A DNA stretch of 64,000 nt, from positions 128,001 through 192,000 of the forward strand of contig OZ242029.1 of assembly GCA_965205015.1 (NCBI GenBank), read 5' to 3'. Origin of the DNA: Candidatus Poribacteria bacterium. GTDB lineage: Bacteria > Poribacteria > WGA-4E > WGA-3G. Below are positions 47,934 to 57,113 of this stretch, in pieces. Made by a program: the position numbers and the translations under genes. Each line of letters begins with the position of its first letter. The stretch's first letter is position 1. The notes under the pieces are model-generated. The model saw nothing but the letters and a program-made list of their open reading frames with translations. It ran no database searches and was not told the DNA's origin.

Positions 47934-48707
47934 ATGAATATTGTTAAGCGTTTATCAACCCACAAATTTCTCCTCTTCACGCTGGTATATGCCGCTATTT
48001 TTGCCTGGACTTCCAGCAGCTTCGGCGAAGTTTTATACCTCGACGATTTCGAAGATGGAAAAATTGATGGCGACTATGAATTCAAGAACCATGACGGCGA
48101 TTGGGTAGAAAAGGGCGGCGTTATCAGTCAAACGCATGAAGCCCCCGGCGACCATACCTACCTCGTCTTAGACGGCGGTTTTCCAGAACCCCATACCGGC
48201 TTAGTCATGATTCGCGTCGATGATTGGGGAGACGGTGACCTTGCACGGTGTGGACTCGGATTTCGGCTTGATCCGGGGGATGCCTCCGGTTACGCCTTCC
48301 TGATTCACCATTTCCTCAACAACATGGAGTTCCTCAACGACCATCGCGCGTGGAAACAGAACGATACCGAACCGCCCTTCGGAGAGGTAGCACTCGGTAC
48401 ATGGTACTGGATGAAAGCCGAAATATCTGACAAGGGGTTTACTGGCAAAATCTGGGAAGATGGCGAAAATGAACCCAAAGACTGGCTTCTTGAAAGTAAA
48501 CTCGACTTCGGGGGTCCCAGACCTGAAAGCGGACAAGTCGGACTCAACGGGGGTTCAAGCAGAGGCGCACCCGCGTTGACCATTGTCTCATTTGACAACT
48601 GGGCTATTTGCGAGACAGCCGACGAGTGCACACCCGATGAGATCCTCGCTGTTCAGGCAACTGGCAAACTGCCAACCCTTTGGGGCGAGATCAAAGCACG
48701 CTACTAA
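47934..48707 (+). CDS. secreted beta-sandwich protein with TWG-type tail
   Basis: Signal peptide; YLDDFEDG; WYWMK...GKIW...EP.DW; ends LAVQATGKLPTLWGEIK. Confidence 0.8.
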   Translation: MNIVKRLSTHKFLLFTLVYAAIFAWTSSSFGEVLYLDDFEDGKIDGDYEFKNHDGDWVEKGGVISQTHEAPGDHTYLVLDGGFPEPHTGLVMIRVDDWGDGDLARCGLGFRLDPGDASGYAFLIHHFLNNMEFLNDHRAWKQNDTEPPFGEVALGTWYWMKAEISDKGFTGKIWEDGENEPKDWLLESKLDFGGPRPESGQVGLNGGSSRGAPALTIVSFDNWAICETADECTPDEILAVQATGKLPTLWGEIKARY

Positions 48708-48711
48708 TATA

Positions 48712-48812
48712 GTTATCAGTTCGCCTGCTCCGCAGGAAACCTTCAGTCTTCAGTTATCAGTAACAAGAAGGTTCTGTTCAACCAGAATCCTCTTTAACTG
48801 ATAACTGATAAC
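48712..48812. repeat. long intergenic hairpin with heptamer (TTATCAG) repeat arms
   Basis: cagttatcagt (48751-48761) pairs with actgataactg (48797-48807); inner stem aagaaggttctg / cagaatcctctt. Confidence 0.75.
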
Positions 48813-48873
48813 CAAAGATCATTAATTCTGCCAACGACTCAGGACGTGGAGTCATATCCACACACATTAACGT

Positions 48874-49041
48874 ATGGGAACAATTTTATTCGTCATTTTC
48901 GGGATCGTCATTCTTGTTGTATGTATCCTGATTCTCTTCCAAATTTTGCAAGCAATTTTCGCCTTCCTATTTTCCGTCGCCCTCTTCATCGTTGTCGTTG
49001 GCGGCGCGTTTCTGATTCTCAGAAAAATTTTTAGAGGATGA
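48874..49041 (+). CDS. small 55-aa two-TM membrane protein (missing from ORF track)
   Basis: MGTILFVIFGIVILVVCILILFQILQAIFAFLFSVALFIVVVGGAFLILRKIFRG*. Confidence 0.6.
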   Translation: MGTILFVIFGIVILVVCILILFQILQAIFAFLFSVALFIVVVGGAFLILRKIFRG

Positions 49042-49108
49042 AAGCCCCTCGGACGTAAGGTTCGCTTGCACGTTCCCCATACATAAAAGAATCAAAGGAG
49101 ATTCACTT

Positions 49109-49903
49109 ATGTTGCAAAAGGCTATTCTTTTCTCACTAATCCTCGCAATTAGTTTTATCGGAACCAACCTCTCCGCGCAAATCGTCGAAGATGGACTGGT
49201 CAGTTATTGGAGTTTCGATGCAAACAACATCGACGGAAAGACCGTTAAGGACGGAACCGGCAATTACAACGGCTCTATCAAGGGGAATCTGAAAAAAGTC
49301 GGCGGTAAAATCGGCGACGCATTGGAGTTCGACGGAGACGAGGGAAATTTTGTCGAAATCGACAGTCCAGAAGAATTTGATTTCAACGCCGATTTCACTT
49401 GGTCGGCATGGATAAAAACCGATAATTCCGGACCCGGCGTCATCTTCGCCAAAACAGGCGGTCCCGGTACCGATGATAAGGGTCCCAAAACCCTATGGGT
49501 TCGTAATAGCGTCCTTAATCTCGACACCGGCTGGGTCGGTAACGTCGAAGATGTAGGAAACAACATCGACGATAATAAGTGGCACCATATCGCCATCGCA
49601 GGTACACCCGAGGATAGTAAGGTCCAATTCTTCGTTGATGGCGAAGCAACCGCCGAGGGTGTGCTGAACCTCGCCCAATTCCCTGAAGATGAATGGGCAA
49701 GTATCCATATGTTTATCGGTTTAGACGGTAGAGCCGACGGTGAATTCGGTGTGTTTACCGGTATCATAGACGAATTCAGCATCTACGATCGAGTCCTTGA
49801 CGAAGGCGAAGTCAATCAGAACTTCAAGTCTGACACAGGACTCGCAGTTGATCCCAACGGCAAACTCGCCGTGACATGGGGAACTCTCAAAGCACACCGA
49901 TAA
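49109..49903 (+). CDS. secreted LamG-like protein with TWG-type tail
   Basis: DGLVSYWSFD, GKIGDALEFDG, WHHIA, GIIDEFSIYDRVL; ends LAVDPNGKLAVTWGTLK. Confidence 0.9.
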   Translation: MLQKAILFSLILAISFIGTNLSAQIVEDGLVSYWSFDANNIDGKTVKDGTGNYNGSIKGNLKKVGGKIGDALEFDGDEGNFVEIDSPEEFDFNADFTWSAWIKTDNSGPGVIFAKTGGPGTDDKGPKTLWVRNSVLNLDTGWVGNVEDVGNNIDDNKWHHIAIAGTPEDSKVQFFVDGEATAEGVLNLAQFPEDEWASIHMFIGLDGRADGEFGVFTGIIDEFSIYDRVLDEGEVNQNFKSDTGLAVDPNGKLAVTWGTLKAHR

Positions 49904-50033
49904 GCGTTCTACCTTCCAGAGGCGCGTTCTGCAAACGCGCCTCTAAACATACCTGCACAATATCGTACAGGTTTGCGGTTAAGCCGTGGCAGGAGCCCGC
50001 AACAACGGCACGGATATACGCAGAGGCACGTGA

Positions 50034-51437
50034 ATGCACAAATCTACTTTACCCAACCGCAAGGTAAAATTAAAAAATCGAACCATCTTTGAAGGTGACA
50101 ATTTGTATGTGCTTCGCGGTCTTGACGCCGATACCATCGATCTGATCTATCTCGACCCGCCTTTCAACTCCAACCGAACCTTTGAAGCACCGACAGAGAG
50201 CGAGGCAGCAGGCGCAGCATTCAAAGATTCCTGGACACTCAACGATTTAGACAACGCGTGGCACGGTGAACTCGCAGAGAAAGCACCCGATCTTTATCAC
50301 GCCATCAGTACCGCTGAATTCACGCACGGGAAATCCATGAAAGCCTATCTGATTATGATGGGTATCAGGATGTTGGAGATGTATCGAATCCTGAAACCGA
50401 CAGGAACCCTCTATCTCCATTGCGATGACAACGCGAGTCACTACCTGAAAATGATGATGGACGGCATTTTCGGAAGAGACAATTTTAGGAACGAGATCGT
50501 TTGGCAAAGGGCTGTAACCAGCAAAGGGAATCTCAAAAAGGGCCTGGCGCGAGACGCTGATCTCATCCTCCGGTATTCAAAAAGCAACGATTTCGTCTGG
50601 AATCCTGACGCCGTCACAATCCCTTACGATATGGAGGATCTCGACGAAAAAACCAAACGTCAATATTATTACGTTGAACCCGGCACCGGACGATTCGTAG
50701 CGCATACCTCTATCACCGCTCAGACGCAGGACCCCGATTCTCACCTCACATACGAAGTCATGGGCGTTACCAGAACATGGCGGTGGGCGGAATCGCGGAT
50801 GCTCAAGGAAATCGAAGCCGGACGTGTTGTGCAGACACGTCCCGGAAATGTCCCCCGATACAAACGCTACCTTGATGAACAGAAAGGTAAAACGCTGAAC
50901 AACATCTGGGTAGATATCCCCAACCTAACAGCACGAAATAAAGAGCGGATTGGGTACCCCACACAGAAACCTATCGCCTTGTTAGAGCGAATTATCCGTG
51001 CGAGCAGCAATCCGGGAGACCTGGTACTCGATCCTTTCTGCGGGTGTGCTACCACATGTATTGCCGCAGAACGTCTACAACGGCATTGGATCGGTATCGA
51101 TTTAAGTTCCAAATCTTTCGAACTTGCCAAACTGCGGCTTGAACAGCACGGGATTATCAAGAAGGTTATCCACCGAAAGGGCACTCCTAAACTTGACCAG
51201 CAAGATCGAACCTGTAAACATACGCTATTTGGACTTCAGGAGGGTAGATGCAATGCCTGCCAAACGGTATCCCCATTTCGTGATATGAGAGTTGACCACA
51301 TTGTAGCCCTATCCAAAGGAGATGCCGATACGCTCGACAATCTTCAGTTGTTGTGTAGAGCGTGTAAATCGATGAAGCAGAATAGCACACAAGATCAACT
51401 GATTCAGACGTTGAAAACCGAAGGAATTTTGCTATGA
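50034..51437 (+). CDS. DNA methyltransferase (beta class) fused to a C-terminal HNH domain
   Basis: YLDPPFNS, GYPTQKP, LDPFCGC; then CNAC...VDHIVALSKG....NLQLLCRAC. Confidence 0.92.
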   Translation: MHKSTLPNRKVKLKNRTIFEGDNLYVLRGLDADTIDLIYLDPPFNSNRTFEAPTESEAAGAAFKDSWTLNDLDNAWHGELAEKAPDLYHAISTAEFTHGKSMKAYLIMMGIRMLEMYRILKPTGTLYLHCDDNASHYLKMMMDGIFGRDNFRNEIVWQRAVTSKGNLKKGLARDADLILRYSKSNDFVWNPDAVTIPYDMEDLDEKTKRQYYYVEPGTGRFVAHTSITAQTQDPDSHLTYEVMGVTRTWRWAESRMLKEIEAGRVVQTRPGNVPRYKRYLDEQKGKTLNNIWVDIPNLTARNKERIGYPTQKPIALLERIIRASSNPGDLVLDPFCGCATTCIAAERLQRHWIGIDLSSKSFELAKLRLEQHGIIKKVIHRKGTPKLDQQDRTCKHTLFGLQEGRCNACQTVSPFRDMRVDHIVALSKGDADTLDNLQLLCRACKSMKQNSTQDQLIQTLKTEGILL

Positions 51438-52216
51438 AAAAATTTATGAAGTTTGATAAGACCGCGGCCAGGATGATAGCAGCCGTCGCGCTGATATTCT
51501 TCGCAACACATCTCACAGCAGTTGCAAAGCGCGATAAACAGTACGTCGCCAAACAAATCACGAACCTCAAAGTGGATGGCGATCTCAGCGAATGGAAACG
51601 CGCCGAAATCGTTGCTTTTGATGAATTGAAGGATGTCGGGGACGGTGCCCCCAAAGCCAGTGATTTTACGGGGCAGGATAGGGTCGCGTGGAGCGCACAA
51701 GACCCAACCCGCATCTATTTCGCTGTTGAAATTACCGACGATAAACTCCAAGATATTCATCCAGACAATACGAAGTGGTGGGAAGACGATAGCGTCGAAT
51801 TCATGTTTGATTTCGACAATGGAATGGTCCGAGAGAGCCTCGTGCAGTGGACACTCGGCGCAAATGGCAAGGATTTATCCGCTGCTGCATCTAAAGAAAA
51901 CACCGAATGGGTGCTCGTCAACAATGGAAATGATTACATCTATGAAGTCGCCATTGATCCAACAAAGCCGCGTGGTAACCCACAGTTTGCGAATCCCGCG
52001 AAAGGGAAAAATTTCAAAGCGAAAGATGGCTTACTTATCGGGCTTAGCTTCCACGCGAACGATTGTGAGGGTGGAGGACGCCAACATCAGATTGGATGGA
52101 CACCCGGCGGAGCATGGGATGGCCTCGCCTACGGCGACCTCATTTTCGACGATGAAGTATTAGCCGTCGCGCCCGCTGGTAAACTTGCTTTGACGTGGGG
52201 TGCGCTTAAACAGTAA
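51434..52216 (+). CDS. secreted CBM9/DOMON-like sugar-binding protein with TWG-type tail
   Basis: VDGDLSEW, IYFAVEITDD, DSVEF.FD, YEVAI, ND.E; ends LAVAPAGKLALTWGALKQ. Confidence 0.85.
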   Translation: MKKFMKFDKTAARMIAAVALIFFATHLTAVAKRDKQYVAKQITNLKVDGDLSEWKRAEIVAFDELKDVGDGAPKASDFTGQDRVAWSAQDPTRIYFAVEITDDKLQDIHPDNTKWWEDDSVEFMFDFDNGMVRESLVQWTLGANGKDLSAAASKENTEWVLVNNGNDYIYEVAIDPTKPRGNPQFANPAKGKNFKAKDGLLIGLSFHANDCEGGGRQHQIGWTPGGAWDGLAYGDLIFDDEVLAVAPAGKLALTWGALKQ

Positions 52217-52287
52217 ACCTGACGGCTCGACGCTGACAGCTGGGGAAATTCGCAGAAACACCCAAGCAAAAACACTGTCATTTAAAA

Positions 52288-54216
52288 ATGCCAAAATCTC
52301 ATGCGTCAGTTACATCTGGAATTACGCTTCGATCGCTCTTCATTGGCACACTCCTCGTTATCGGGAATGCCTACTGGCTTGCCTATGCGGCTGAGATGAT
52401 TCAGCCGCAATTCCTTCTTAATTTCGTCTCACTCTTCTTCAACGCCCTTTTCACACTTTTCGCCGTTATCGCTTTCAACCTCGTTTGGAAAAAACTTGCG
52501 CCGCGCAGCGCACTGACCCCACAGGAACTCCTCGTTATCTATATCATGGTCGTCATGGTATCCACCATCGGCGGTCATTCCATGATGACGTTCCTGATCG
52601 GGACACTCGCCCATCCGTTCCGGTTTGCTACCATTGAAAACGAATGGGCATCTCTCTTTTGGCGTTACATCCCGACATGGTTTGTGCCTGAGGACTACGC
52701 ACTCGATGCCTACTTTAAGGGTGGCTTGAGTTTTTACCTCCCGAAGCATCTACGCGGCTGGATGGTACCGATTCTTGTCTGGACAGGATTTGTCGCACTC
52801 CTCTGGTTTACACTGATATGCCTCAATAGCATCATCCGCGTTCAATGGACGGAGCGTGAAAAGTTGGCATATCCGATTATCCAATTACCGCTCCAGATGG
52901 CGCAAGGACGGAAAAGTTTTTACAGAAACACCACGATGTGGGTCGGTTTTTCGGTCGCCGCGTTTATTGAACTCCTCGCGGGATTAAGCCATCTATTCCC
53001 TCAAATCCCCGCTATTCAACTGAGTTCCTATTCTATCACGCATCTGTTCACGGACAAACCGTGGAACGCTGTCGGGTGGGTCCCTCTATCTATCTACCCG
53101 TTTATCATAGGACTCACATTTTTTGTCCCGTTGGACATCTCGATGTCGGCGTGGTTTTTCTACCTGTTTGGTAAAGCGGAACGGGTGATTCGCACGGGGA
53201 TGTTAGGTGAAGGTGAACTCTATTTCGCAGAGCGAGCAGGTGGGGCATGGCTCGCCGTCGGAATCTTGGCACTGTGGGGAACCCGGCGACATCTCCGTGA
53301 TGTCATCCTGAATTGCTTGACGACCAAAAAAGCGTATGATGATTCAAATGAACCGATGCCCTACCGTGTCGCTGTCCTCGGATTAATCTTCGGAGGTATC
53401 GGACTCACGCTATTTTCGGTAAAAGCGGGTATGTCCTTAGGCGGTGTCCTTGGCTTTATCGTCATTTTCATCCTGATGGCACTCGGCGTTACACGCGTGC
53501 GTGCCGAATTTGGACCCCCCTCCCACGAGATTCTCGCCCTCGATCCCGCACGATTGATGGTCGTCACCTTTGGCGCACGCTTCGTCGGGACTGGTAATCT
53601 CACAATCATATCCTTCTACTACTGGCTCAACCGACTTAATGTTTCGCATCCGATGCCAAACCAATTAGAAGGCTTCAAACTCGCAGAACGAGCAGGCATA
53701 AACAGTCGAAGACTGGTCTGGGTGATGATGTTCGCGATTGTTGTCGGGACACTCGCATCGTTTTGGGCGTTCCTCTATCTCCTTTATGAGACCGGAGCAT
53801 TCGCTGTACACGGCTACATCCTGGGTATTGGGGAGGAGGTCTTCGGGAGACGTTTAGAACGGTGGCTCAACAATCCTACCGGTCCGAATTGGGATGGCAC
53901 ACAATCCATGGGCATCGGCGCAGGGATGACATGGATCCTCTATTTCCTGCGGCATAAATTTATCTGGTGGCCCTTCCATCCGATCGGATACGTGATGACG
54001 GCTGCCACCTGGGGCGGTCTCGCCGATTTCTGGTTCTCCGTCTATATCGGCTGGATGATAAAGGTTATCATTGTCTCAATCTTCGGTCTACGCGCACATC
54101 AACGCGCAATCCCATTCTTTCTGGGATTGGTCATGGGCGATTATGTATTCGTAGGGGGCTGGGCACTCATCGGCACACTGTTCGATATGCCGACATACGT
54201 CCTCTGGTCACCTTAG
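52288..54216 (+). CDS. polytopic membrane protein, DUF6785/DUF6784-type (OPT-like putative transporter)
   Basis: Many TM helices; QWTEREKLAYPI, RVRAEFG, WWPFHPIGY, PFFLGLVMGD. Confidence 0.75.
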   Translation: MPKSHASVTSGITLRSLFIGTLLVIGNAYWLAYAAEMIQPQFLLNFVSLFFNALFTLFAVIAFNLVWKKLAPRSALTPQELLVIYIMVVMVSTIGGHSMMTFLIGTLAHPFRFATIENEWASLFWRYIPTWFVPEDYALDAYFKGGLSFYLPKHLRGWMVPILVWTGFVALLWFTLICLNSIIRVQWTEREKLAYPIIQLPLQMAQGRKSFYRNTTMWVGFSVAAFIELLAGLSHLFPQIPAIQLSSYSITHLFTDKPWNAVGWVPLSIYPFIIGLTFFVPLDISMSAWFFYLFGKAERVIRTGMLGEGELYFAERAGGAWLAVGILALWGTRRHLRDVILNCLTTKKAYDDSNEPMPYRVAVLGLIFGGIGLTLFSVKAGMSLGGVLGFIVIFILMALGVTRVRAEFGPPSHEILALDPARLMVVTFGARFVGTGNLTIISFYYWLNRLNVSHPMPNQLEGFKLAERAGINSRRLVWVMMFAIVVGTLASFWAFLYLLYETGAFAVHGYILGIGEEVFGRRLERWLNNPTGPNWDGTQSMGIGAGMTWILYFLRHKFIWWPFHPIGYVMTAATWGGLADFWFSVYIGWMIKVIIVSIFGLRAHQRAIPFFLGLVMGDYVFVGGWALIGTLFDMPTYVLWSP

Positions 54217-54313
54217 CAATTGGCATATCAGGATAGAAGGGATATAGGTTCTTGAAAAAAGAAAGGAAAACAGGTAGGGATTGCGGAGTACCTTCTTCGG
54301 ATAGGATTCATAG

Positions 54314-54739
54314 TTAGTGAAGTGGAATATAACTGCTTAGAAACTCTACCGCTTTGACAATAGGAATCCCTTGATATGAACCAAGTGAAAGCAGATGTTG
54401 ATCACCGCTGATAATCATATCAGCTGCCGCCTCTATGGCACAGGCAATAATAATGTTATCATCGGGATCATCAAGGACGGCATTAACAGTAATTGTTCCC
54501 GGAACTAAAACTGCAAAGGTCTTGAGGACCTCAAGATACTCAGCAATATCGGCATCTGATAGGTTGTATTTTTGTTGAATACGTGGACGATGTACAACTG
54601 TCTCAAACTCTTCTAATATGACAGGAGATATTGCGAGTTCAATCAGACCGACACGCCAGAGTTTCATGATTTGAGCTGGATGCCCATTAGGTCGGATAAT
54701 TGCACTAATATGCTGGTTTGTATCCAGTACAACACGCAT
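54314..54739 (-). CDS. PIN-family toxin
   Basis: MRVVLDTN, DPDDN.IIACA, ISGDQHLL. Confidence 0.9.
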   Translation of the reverse strand: MRVVLDTNQHISAIIRPNGHPAQIMKLWRVGLIELAISPVILEEFETVVHRPRIQQKYNLSDADIAEYLEVLKTFAVLVPGTITVNAVLDDPDDNIIIACAIEAAADMIISGDQHLLSLGSYQGIPIVKAVEFLSSYIPLH

Positions 54740-55038
54740 TAAGAAGACAACTTATTCCTTTTTGATGTTTTCTCGGCGCGTGCCTCAATAATTGCCTGTT
54801 CAATATCGTCCTGTGCTTCTTCTTCACTCACGCCTGGCACTTTTTCCCATATTCTGTCCAATACCGAAAAGGCTTGTTCTCGCTGTTGAAGCATTTTTTC
54901 ATAAGCCTCAATTGGAACAATCGCGGCAAGCGGTGTGTTGGCGCGTTTGACTATCAGCCGATCCCCGTTTCGGTAGACTCCATCGAGCAATTCACCAAGC
55001 TTCTGATGTAACTCCGTTGTTGAAATTTCTTTCCTCAT
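54739..55038 (-). CDS. Phd/YefM family antitoxin
   Basis: ISTTEL...GELLDGV...LIVKR...AAIVPIE.YE; coupled to the PIN gene. Confidence 0.88.
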   Translation of the reverse strand: MRKEISTTELHQKLGELLDGVYRNGDRLIVKRANTPLAAIVPIEAYEKMLQQREQAFSVLDRIWEKVPGVSEEEAQDDIEQAIIEARAEKTSKRNKLSS

Positions 55039-55138
55039 TGTTTTCTCCGATTCGTGTTTTTAGTGTACAAGATGTGAAGCATGATACCAAAGGATACCAT
55101 AAATCCTGCGAAAAATCAAAGATTCCTGACTCGCCAAT

Positions 55139-55167
55139 TTGACATCTGACTGAGAATCTGATATACT
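55139..55167 (+). promoter_or_regulatory. sigma70-type promoter
   Basis: TTGACA-17 nt-TATACT. Confidence 0.7.
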
Positions 55168-55200
55168 CTGCACCATTCAATTCACAGGAGCTATATCTGA

Positions 55201-56037
55201 ATGTACAACTTAACTGGAAAAGTCGCCTTAGTGACAGGTGCAGGCGGCAAAAACGGTATCGGACGCGCCATTGCGACCCGTTTAGCAAAAGAGGGTGCCG
55301 ATGTCGCTGTTAACGACATGACCGAACATCCCTACGCCGCAGATCAACCGGATTGGCAGGGTCTACCCGCTGTTGTTCGTGAAATTGAAGCGATGGGACA
55401 ACGTGCTATCAGCGTCGTCGCGGACGTTACGGACGCAGAACAGGTGAAAGGGATGGTGGACCAGACCGTCGCACACTTCGGCAAAATCGACATTCTCGTC
55501 AACAATGCCGGGACGATCGCTGGCAAGGATCGTGTGCCTGTCGTTGATCTCGCCGAAGAGGATTGGGACAGAGTACAACGTGTCAATGTGAAAGGCGTAT
55601 TCCTCTGTTCACAAGCGGTAGCACGTCATCTCATCGCACAGGGAACCGGAGGCAAAATTATCAATATGTCTTCTGTCACCGGGAAACGGGGGTCGGCACG
55701 CTTCGCCGCGTATAGTGCCTCGAAATTCGCTGTGATCGGTTTCACACAATCCCTCGCGTGTGAACTCGCACCCTATCAGGTCAACGTCAATGCTATTTGC
55801 CCTGGGCTTGTGGACACAGAACGATTTGGGCATCTCGCCTCTGTGCTAATGCCCGAGAATCTTTCTCCTGATGAACAACTCTCGGAATACACACGCCGCT
55901 CTAAGGCAGCCGTACCCATCGGGCGACTCGCCGAGGGAGCAGATGTTGCCAAGATGGCAGCATTTCTCGCCTCAGACGAAGCCGCCTACCTATCAGGGGT
56001 TTCCATCACCGTCTCAGGCGGTACAGTAATGGACTAA
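55201..56037 (+). CDS. short-chain dehydrogenase/reductase
   Basis: TGAG..GIG, NNAG, YSASK, VNAICPG. Confidence 0.93.
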   Translation: MYNLTGKVALVTGAGGKNGIGRAIATRLAKEGADVAVNDMTEHPYAADQPDWQGLPAVVREIEAMGQRAISVVADVTDAEQVKGMVDQTVAHFGKIDILVNNAGTIAGKDRVPVVDLAEEDWDRVQRVNVKGVFLCSQAVARHLIAQGTGGKIINMSSVTGKRGSARFAAYSASKFAVIGFTQSLACELAPYQVNVNAICPGLVDTERFGHLASVLMPENLSPDEQLSEYTRRSKAAVPIGRLAEGADVAKMAAFLASDEAAYLSGVSITVSGGTVMD

Positions 56038-56040
56038 GCA

Positions 56041-56886
56041 CTAACGCAAGATGCGTTGATCGCTCAGGTCCTTTCCGCCAACGGTTTTGACGATAGAAGC
56101 GCCACGCCACTCCTTGACCTCCAATTCGTGGAAGGCGTTGACAATGTTGTACTGCGTCGGGAGGTCTTCCCAGCGCGCTTTGTGGAATTCGACGGTCCCT
56201 TCACCGCGCCACTGCTCCTGCACGACTCGGTTCGGCGTCCGTGATGGCGTTAGAACGGCATACGCAATATCAGCAGTGCCCCATACCCCCGTCCTCGGCA
56301 TGTATTTGTAATGCAGTGTGCCCGTGAGCGGTTGGTCATCACTCGCCGGGGGCGGAGGGGACGCTGGTGGTATCGGGACCTGTTCTGTCGCTTGCACACG
56401 CATGTCCATGAACTTAAAACCGAGCCAACTGGCGGTGCAGTGCGTCTCACCGTTAAAAGTTATCGGATCTGGAAGCGCGCAATAGATTTTAGAGAAACCC
56501 AATTCCTCACGTCCTGTCAAAATCGGATCCGTCAGGTTTTCCCAGAGCACCGTCAACAGAGAACCCGTCGCCCTGTCCACTTCGCCTTCGTAAACCACTG
56601 GAAAACTAACGCCGAGCGTATTGTAACCCCGTCCTGCGAGCCATTCAATTTCCTTCATATAGCCCCCAGACACAGACACAACGGGGTCGCCGTTGAGTGA
56701 GAAGCCCGGTGGTAGAAAAGCCTCAAGTTGCTCGCTATTTGTCAGGAAACTCACCGAAACTGACGTTGATTTTGGGTTATCTTTACACTCGAATTTTCTC
56801 CCATCGGGTCCGTACCTCGGGCCCGTCCTCGGTCCAAAATGTGTCGGCATCCGATACATTGCGTTCGGATCTAATTTATATCCCAT
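56041..56886 (-). CDS. acetoacetate decarboxylase family protein
   Basis: MPTHFGP, LPPGF, WEN..DPI..GREELGFSK; GGAGG RBS before MGYKL. Confidence 0.8.
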   Translation of the reverse strand: MGYKLDPNAMYRMPTHFGPRTGPRYGPDGRKFECKDNPKSTSVSVSFLTNSEQLEAFLPPGFSLNGDPVVSVSGGYMKEIEWLAGRGYNTLGVSFPVVYEGEVDRATGSLLTVLWENLTDPILTGREELGFSKIYCALPDPITFNGETHCTASWLGFKFMDMRVQATEQVPIPPASPPPPASDDQPLTGTLHYKYMPRTGVWGTADIAYAVLTPSRTPNRVVQEQWRGEGTVEFHKARWEDLPTQYNIVNAFHELEVKEWRGASIVKTVGGKDLSDQRILR

Positions 56887-57113
56887 CTCATTCCCTCCGT
56901 GTTTTGGGTAGTATCTTTCTATTATATCAATATGGAGCGGAATGTCAAGCACGAATCACAGTTTTTGAAGCGTAAGGCTTGATTGACTTCAGCACAAAAA
57001 TGTAATATAATACTTCCAGTACCCTACTGAAAGAATAATCTCATTCTGTAAGAGCAACCTCCTGGTTGCGATTCCACCAAATAGTAGATGCTGTTTCCAA
57101 CCGCATCCATCTA

